IMG/VR virus record: IMGVR_UViG_2681813556_000004
Coordinates: 1 to 64,000 of that record
Source: a virus
Lineage: Duplodnaviria; Caudoviricetes
Length of the DNA stretch: 64,000 bases
Direction: 5' to 3' (one strand)
Positions 37,001 to 46,000 of the stretch are shown here, one piece after another. The position numbers and the translations under genes are program-made. The stretch's first letter is position 1; the number at the start of each line of letters is the position of its first letter. The notes under the pieces were generated by a model. That model searched no databases. It saw only the letters and a program-made list of their open reading frames with translations, and was not told where the DNA came from.

Positions 37001-40000
37001 CGCTGCGCATCAGGGCATCGCGCATTTCGCGGTCATCCATCCGCCCGGCACCCGGCCCATCCGGCCCGCGCCCGCCGACTGTGCCGCCCGCGATCCGCTC
37101 CATCACCAACGCAGGGGACACAAAGCCTTGACCGCGCAGCCCGGACGCAATGGCTTGCAGGAATCCCCGCACCTTGTTGAAGATCCGCGCCAAGGGCCCA
37201 GCCGCATCGCGTGCAGTCGCCCATTCACGGTACATCTCGGCAACCGCCTCTTCGATCTGCACCGAAGTGACCTTGTCGCCATAGGCCCGCTCGACACGCG
37301 CCATCAGATCGGCATCGACCCGTGCAGCCCGGACCAGCGCCCGCCATTCCTCGGCGGTGAACAGGCCATAGGGCTGGCCCCACAGGTCGGGATCGCGCAA
37401 GGCATGGACAATCTCATGCCGCATGACTCCGCGCGCATCCCGCGCCGCCGGGTTCAACTCGATCAAGGCCCCGCGCTGACGGCCCTGGATCGGTACGCCC
37501 GACGCCCCCAGCAGCCCGCGCACGACACGTGGCGTCACCTTGCCAGCCAGACCGGCCGCCGCAACCTCGGCCTCGGCCATCCGCGCAATGTCGCGCAGGG
37601 AATCCACCGGCACGGCGGCGGCGTTGATTTTCGGTGGTGCAAGCTGTAGGTTCAGCGTGTCGGCGCCGATTTGTAATTCTGGCTCCACGCGGGTCTCCCG
37701 CGCGTCCATCTGGCCTTGTGCCGGGGCGCCGATATTGCCGCCCAAGTTCAGGTCATAGAACATCCTGCCGTTGTCCATCTCGCGGATGACGATATGGATG
37801 GGCTCTTGGCGGCCGGCGACAGAAACCTGAGCCTGGAAATAGTGAATCTTGCGGACATGCGCGCGGCCGAAGCGGTCCTCGGACTCGCCGGTTTTCTCCG
37901 CGCTTGCGACGATCTGTTCCAGCGCAGGCACGGCCCGCAGCAGATAGTCGAGCGGCTTCCCGCCGATCTTGCCCGCAGCGGCGCGCGTGAACGACACCTC
38001 CCAGCCCGTGGAAGTGTTCGTGACCTTCCTGCCTTGCAGGTTGTCGCGATACCACGCACGCGCCTTGCGTTGCAGATCAAGCATGTCCTCCCACGGCCCG
38101 AGTTCGTCGCCGGTCAGGCGCGCGGCAGGTTCCTGATCATCAAAGCGGGATTCCTTGGCCTCGTCAGGCGCGTTCTCCGCCAGAAGGGCGCCTTCCAGTG
38201 CATCGACCTTTTCTGCCAGTTCGTTCAGCTTGTCCTGGTCTGCAAACCCTTTCAGCTTTGCCAGACCTTCCATCACATCGGCGCGCTCGCGCTCGCGCCG
38301 GGCAATATCGGCCTCGATCCGGCGCGGCGTGGCCTCGATCTTGGACAATGCCCCTTCGACCTTCCGGGCCATGCCAACCGGATCCTCGGACCAGCCAACC
38401 ATGACCTCGTTGTCGCGTGGCAGGGCGATATAGTAGGTCACGGCATTCATCGCGTGCGACACTTCGATGTGCAGCGGAAAGCCGGAAACGGTTCCGACCT
38501 TATCCTGATGTCTGAAACCCGTCCCGGCCAAGGCGTCCTCTGCGGCGCTGATCAGATCGGCGCCGAACTCCTTGCGCTCGGTATAGGTCTTGCCGCCCAT
38601 GCGCGCCTCGAAGGCATCGCCTGACAGGTCTTGTACCTTGGCGGCTTGCGGCTGCCAGAAGGTCAACTCCTCACGGTCCATTGCAATGGCGCGGCCCAGT
38701 CCGCGCGCCTTCGCCTCCATCTGCTGGCGTTCGCGCACCGCTGCCCCGGCCCGGCGCTGCAACTTGTCGCGCTCCGCCCGCAACTCGGTCAGTTCCAGCA
38801 CCCGAGGATCGGCGGTGGACATGGCTTTGGCTTGCTCATACTGGCTGGCCTCGCCAAGATCCTCCATGTCGCGCACATTGGGATCGCCACGGAAGAACCC
38901 TTCGATGAACCCGGCCTTGCGCGCCATCATTTGCCACATGGTCGCGTCGTAGGTACCCTTGGCCGAGTAATCGAGGATTTCGATTTCCCGGTTCATGTTG
39001 CCCTGCCGGATGCCGCGACCATTTCTCTGCTCGTCGTCGGCAGGGAACCACAACGGATCAAGGTTGTGGATCGCCGTGATGCGCCGTTGTGCATTGACGC
39101 CCGTGAACAGGGTCTTGGAACCGATCAGGATCCGTTTCTTGCCCTCGTTCATGTCATTGAACGCCCGCTGCTTGCGCGCATCGGATGTCAGATTCTCGGC
39201 CAGGATGATTTCGTCGGCTGGCACGCCCATGGCCACCAGTTGCGCCTTGATGAAGCGGTGAACCGAGAAGGACGGGTTGTGTTTCGACGGGTTCACGCCA
39301 AGGGTCGAGAACACCATTTGCGTGGTCGGGCCACGCATCAACGGTTCGTCGGTGTAGCCACCTTCCTTCTTCACCCCGTAAAGTGGGGCGTCGGCGCCTT
39401 CTTTCCAGCGGCGGTAGATGTTGTTGATCATCCGCTCCAGCTTGGAGTTGTTCTCGCCGGCGCTGGGGTCGACAAGGCGCATGTCGATGGCTGCAAGGCG
39501 ACCATCGTTGATGACCGACAACAGGATGTCGTCACCCTTCTTCACCGGCCCCTTCCGATTTTCGATCATGCGCATCCGCGCGCCCAACTGCTGCTGGTAC
39601 GCCTTCAGCTCGGGCGAAGCCTCCACCACGATCAGGTTGCGCTTGCCATCTTTCAGCGCAGGCCGGGTCACGTACTGTTCAAGGTCTTTCGACGACACCA
39701 CATCCATGACCTGCCGCACCATGAGCGACAGTTCCGGGGTGTTCACGAACTTGGCGAAGCGCGTGACCAGCTTGTACCCCCCATCGGGGGCTTGCTCCAA
39801 GGCGTTCTCCGTGGTGCCGAAGGTGGCTGCCCAGGAATCGAAGGCCGAGATGTTGCGATCATCCAGCGCCTGCGGCTGCAAGTACCGGCTGATCGAATAG
39901 AGTTCCGCCATCGTGTTGGTAATGGGCGTGCCGGATGCCAGTACCAGACTGCGCCCCGGATTGCGTTGTGCAAGCGAGCGGGTCTTGATGAACAGGTCCA

Positions 40001-43000
40001 TCGACTGTTGCGAGCCCTGCGGATCGACCCCCTTGATGCTGCCAAGGCTGGTGGCGAAGGATAGTTTGCGGAACAGGTGCGCCTCGTCCACGAACAACAT
40101 GTCGGCGCCGGTCTCATCGAAATCGAACACGGCGTCCTTGCCCTTGTCCGAAGTTTGCCGTGCGATCCGCTGTTCAGCCGCCTCAAGAAGGGCCTCGATC
40201 TTCTTGCGGGTCTTGGTCTCCCCGCTGGTGATGCCCTTTACATCAACTCCCAGCGTGGCCGCCATGCTGTGGAGGGCGCCAAGAACGGAACGTTCCATCC
40301 CGGCATCCTCGCCAAACTGGCCGCCGCTCAGCCCTTCCAGAACATCGCGCACATCCTGCAACATGCCTTCGACGGCAGCTTTCTTGGATGCCTCCGATGC
40401 CGGGATCAACTGGAACGCAGAATGGGTGATGATGACCGCATCGTAGTCACCAAGCGCGGCATCCGCGACGAACTGCTTGCGGCGCGAGGTATGAAACCGC
40501 TTCTCGTCCGCGACCAGAACCTTCGCCAATGGGTATTGCTGATAGAACTCGGTGGCGAACTGGATCAGCATGTGGTTCGGCACAGTGTACCAAGGCTTCC
40601 GTGCCAGCCCGAGGCGCTTGGCCTCCATGCCAGCGCCGATCATGGCGGAGGTTTTCCCGGCCCCTACGGTATGCGCCATGTAGGTATCGCCAGATTGCAG
40701 GATCCGGGCGATCACTGCCGTCTGGTGCGGGCGCCAACTCCAATCGGAATGGATGCCCGGCGTGGTCAGGTATTCGCCATCGTATTTCGGCGCCACTTCC
40801 GCATTGAAGGTCCGGTTGTAGAGGGTTTCCATCTCCGCCGTTCTGGCGGGATCAGACCAGAACCAGTCGCGGAATCGGGTCTGCAATTCATTGGCCTTGT
40901 CGGTTGCTGCCTGGGTGGCTTCTTCATCGACCCAGGAGTCTGTGCTTCCATCCTGATTGCGGCGAGTTCGGCGCACCTCGACCTTCTTGTTCGCCATGAC
41001 CAGCCCCATCAACTCGCCAAAGGGGCGATCCTCGGTGCCGAACTCCGAGGTGGCCTTCGCGCCGGTGGTGGTGCCGTTCACCAGCCAGATGCCAAGACGC
41101 GGTTTGAATTCGACCTGCAACTCCAGGCCAAGAGCCTCGGCAAAGTCCGGATAGATCGAGGTAGGAAACCAATGGGCGCCAAGCGGGACGGAAATGTCCT
41201 GCGCCGCGACGGGCGCGGGCTGCACTGCGCGCAAGGCATCGACGTTCGGCTGATACTCTGGGTTCGCCCGCGCCTCGCGCTCGGCTTCTTCCAGTTTCAC
41301 CACCACGTTGCCAGACAGGTATCTCGCGCGGGTTTCCCACTCCCTTGTGCGCGGGTTCTGGAAGATCTTGCCTTCCAGTTCGCTGATCACCCGTTCCGAT
41401 GTGCTGTTGGACAGCGCAGCAATCCTGCCGGGATCGACGCGCCCGGTTTCGCCCAGCAGGTGCAGAAGCGCATCCTCCGGGCTATTGATCTGGGGCCGCG
41501 ACGAAACCCTCACAGCATTCTCGGTGAACACGCGGGTTTTCTGCGCGGTATCCGTTTTCTCGTCGTACTTCTCGATGGCCAGAAGGCGATAGGACTCGGG
41601 GTCATCCATGAACGGGTCGATATTCGGCCGCGTCACGATGATCTTGTCGTCCATGGCTTCTGGCGCGAATGTGCCCTCACGATAGCCGGGCGCCTGTCGT
41701 GCTTCCTGCCGTGCCCGCGCGATTTCCGCCATGGACGCGCCCGCCTCGATCATTGGACCGGCATCGAAGCTGCCAATATCGAAGGGTTCACCAGCGGCGC
41801 GGGCATCGTTCTCGGCCTGTTGCCGCGCGCTCTCCTGCTCCACGATGCTAGGTCGTTGCGTGCGCCTATGCTGCAAGCCGATAGGGCCACGCTCCTTCAC
41901 ATAAGCATCGTAGGAATCATTCAGCGCCTTGCGGGCGGCGCTCGCATCCTTCCCATCCACATCGGCGGCGTACACATCGCGCAGTGCGTTCTTGATCGGG
42001 ATCAGGGCTTTCACCGCCTCCATGGCGGCTTTCGGCATCCCCTTGGTGTTTTCGCGGCTGCGCGGCTCGACCTTTCGGCCCGTATTGCCGTCGAACAGCC
42101 ACAGGGCGCCATCCTTCAGGTAGAATGAGCCAGGCTTGGTCTCGGCGTGATCGGCGTCCAGCGCGTCCAGTTTCACCGATTCCGGTGGGGCCGACATGAT
42201 GTTGCTGGGAAACTGCGACAGGACCGATTTGAGGTCGGCACGCAGATCGGCGTTCGGGCGCGGGCGCACACCAACGCGCGCCCCGGCGGTGAGTGTGTCA
42301 TAGAGCCCTTGTTCGCCAAGGATCATATCGGGATTTTCGATGAAATAGCGGTTCACCGCCGCCTGTCCAGTGGTGCCGTCACTGCCGGGAAGGTCGATCA
42401 CCTCGGACTGGCGCCATGCCGGATTGGCCTCGGCCTCACTGTCCACGCGCTTGCGCAGCACGATGATGTCGGTAGTGACTTCGGTTCCATTTTCCTTGAA
42501 GGCTGTATTGGGCAGCCGGATTGCACCGACCAGATCGGCCCTGTCAGCCAGATAGTCGCGTGCCTTGCTGTCCATCTTGTTCATGGTCCCTGCGGACGTG
42601 ATGAACATGAGAACCCCGCCTGGGCGCACGGCATCCAGCGATTTGGCAAAGAAATAGTCGTGGATGAAGAACCCTTGCGGGTAGTCGGGATCGGCCTTGA
42701 TCTGTGTTCCGGCAAACGGAGGGTTGCCGATAACCAGATCGTAGAACCCTTGCGGCAGCTTCTCCTTGATGAAGTCGCCGTTCTTGATGTTGTGCCGGGG
42801 GTACAGGGCTGCCGCGATCTGGGCAGTGATATGATCCAGCTCCAACCCGGTGTAGGTGGCGTTCAGGCTTCCGGGCATAGTGCCAGCAAAGCCGCCGACC
42901 CCCATTCCTGGCTCATAGACGCGCCCGCCGGTGAACCCAAGCTGCTGGGCAAGTGTCCACATGCTCCGCAGCGCGGACTCTGCGGTATAGAAGGCGTATT

Positions 43001-46000
43001 GAGAGGTGCGCGAAAGGGTTGCCCGCTCCTCGGGCGTTGTCATGGTCTCGATTTCAGCGGCCAGATCGGGAAAACGGATGGTGCCATCGCTGCGCGGAAG
43101 GGTGCCCGCCAAGGTGCCGGCGCCGCCATATTTGGCGAGGGTCGCGCGTTCCTCAGCCGTCGCCGGACGACCCTCTTGCTGGATGGTGCGCAGGGTGCGG
43201 ATCGCCGCAATGCTCTCTCGTGCGCGGGTCTTTTCCCCGCGCGCCAGTTCAAGCCCGCCGGGCTCGATGACGTGGTTTACTGGTCCTCGCCCGCCAGTGC
43301 CGTTTCCAGGGCCAGAGCCATCGCCACTTCTCTGACCATCACGTCGCGGGCCGGATCGTTCTCCGGTACGTTCTGCAACGCGATTTCCTGGTCTGCCTGC
43401 TGTACGATCATCCGAACGTAGGCTTCCAGCTTGTCCGGTCCCCGCTTGGAGATCTCCCGCGCCTTCTTGGGGGCTCGGTCGATCATCGCTTGCATTATTG
43501 CGGTTATCATCGCGGCGGTTCTCCGGTTCGGCATCGACGCCAACATTACGGGATTCCGGCTCAGAATGCACCTTGCTTTGCGATGCTTCTGCCTCGGCCA
43601 TCGCGCGGCGCACCTCGTCCAGGACGGCCTTGGCATCGTCCATGTCCGACACGTCTTGCCCGTCGAGGTCCATGGTATCGCGGACATGATTGTAAGCGGC
43701 GCGCATCGGAGCCTGGGCTTCGCGCATGGTCAGGCCGGTGCTTTCCGCAAAATCACGCAGCATCTGTCCGAACCGCTTGGTTCCGGCCTCGATGTAGAGC
43801 CCGACCAGTTCCGCCCCGAGGGTGATGTATTCCGGGTCAAGCCCGCTGCTGGTCTGATTGCGCGCTTTGGCTGCAAGGCGTGCTTTCAGTTCGTCGGCAC
43901 GCTTCTGCTTGTCCTCCGACAGGGCAGAGAGGATGCCGCTTGCAGGCTTGCGCCTCTGTGCCCCCGCCGATTCCGGCCCGAAGATCGCTGTGCGCAACGT
44001 TTCCATCTGCTCGCCGGTAAGGCGATCAGCCACCTCGCCGGAGGTCAGTCCTGTTGAGACGGTCGTGTCCAGCCCGGCATTTTTCAGGGCTTCGCGCCGC
44101 TGGTCGCGGTTGTTGGTCCACCACCAATCAAAGCGGCGCGGGCCGGTGGGCTGCGGGCTGATTGGGACAGGTGCATCGCTGGCCTTGCTGCCCACAGGCG
44201 TTTCCCTGCGCGCTGCTTGTTCAGGCTTGCGGGCATCAGCAATCACGGACTCGATCTTGGCCTCGTCCACATTGTGGGTGCCAGCGAAGATCTGGCGGCC
44301 TTTCGGGTCCGTGATCGTGGTGCGATTGACCTGGCGCTTCACCACATAGCCATCATCGGTCACGCGGGCCTGATCGGTTGTCGGCTCCCCGAATGCGTCT
44401 CTGGTTCGTTCGTAGCCAGACAGCAGATCGCCAAGACCGACCGCAGGTTTCTGTCCTGCAATCTGATAGGATGGTGCTTCAATGGTTCCGGTGTTTTCCA
44501 GCGTCCCGGCGCGGTACAGTCGCCCGAAGGCATCGGTCAGCGCGCGCTTACCGTCATCCGACAATCCATCCCACGCCATGCCTTGCCGATACTCGCGTTC
44601 CGCCTTTGGCCCGGCTTCCTTCAGGATCGCATCCCGCATCGCCTTGTCGGCATTGTCCCACCATGGGGCGCGGGTCGGGGTCGGCGCGGCTTGCAGGTCG
44701 ATACCGGCAACCTTGGCGCCAGCCTGACGCACATCAGCATCGTCCTGCGGCGTGATGATTTCGCCATCCAGCGGCTTGGCCTCGGGGCGGCGCACCTCAT
44801 ATGCCCGTTCGCCATTCGGAAGGTCGACAAGGCGAACATCATAGCCCTTGCGCTTGAGCCCATCATAGAACGCCCGGCCATCTTCGGTCAGTTCGTAGCC
44901 AGAGAGGAACCGCCAGCCGCGCTCTGCGGCATATTCGATGGCCTTGTCATGCAGTGCGGTCGAGACACCCTGACGCTGCATGTCCTCGCGAACCTCGGTC
45001 ACGTCAGCTTGCAATGTCTTGGAAGCTGCGTCGGGGAAGGCAATCATGGCAGCATCACCGAGGCGGAACGCCACGGAGTGCTCCCCTTCGTTCTCGACCT
45101 TCACATCAGCGGCTCCTGGACGGCGCGGCTGGGATGGCCCGGTATCGACAATGCGCGTCTTGCCGGTCTGCAAGCTGTTGAGGATCAGGACGCCGGGCGT
45201 GCCCTCTTTCGGCGCAGGCTTCGGCATGACTGCATCGCGCACCTTGTCAGCGTGCTTGCGGGAAAAGATGAAGCCGCCTTCCTTGTCGTCCCATTTCAGG
45301 CTGACACCGGAAACAGCCGGCGGCTGATCCTTCGGAACCCCGCGCAGGACTGCGGCCTTTTCGCGGATGTTTTCGATGACAGGGGAGATGGATTCGGACG
45401 AAGCCGGGGGAGGGGAAATTTTCCCGCCTGCCTTTGCCTTTCCGCTCACCGGCGTGTCGGTCTCGCCAGAATCCAGCCATGCCTTGAACTCGGGCAGCGC
45501 CATCTTGCGGATGCCGCCGATGCGTGCGGCCCCGCGCCCGTCGCTGAACCCGGCCTGATAAGTGGCCTTGGCATCTGCCGGGGTGTCGAAGCCCAGCATG
45601 ACTTTATGTTCATCGAACGTGCCGCTGTCCGGGTCGATCTGATCCACCACCCAGACGGACTCGCTGGCAGTGTTCGGCCCCATGTAAAAATCCACATGGT
45701 CGCCATCGGCGCCTGTCGTGCGCAGGATGCGGCCATACTCGGCCGGCATCGTCACCTTCCATTCGGTGCCGTCGGGCGAGGTGCCCTTGCGCTCGCTGCC
45801 CTTGGCGTTTTCAATGGAAAGGCGCATCCCCTGCCAGTCGATCTTCGCCGTCTTGTAGTTCTCGGCCTCCTTCTGGGCCGGGGTCGGGTCAGGGTTGGTC
45901 TCGGCGGCTGCGGCCTCGAACTGTTCACGGGTGGGCACCGGCTTTTGAGGCTCATTCGTTGGCGGCAATGCCGTTTGAGGATCACCTTGGGCCGGTTTGC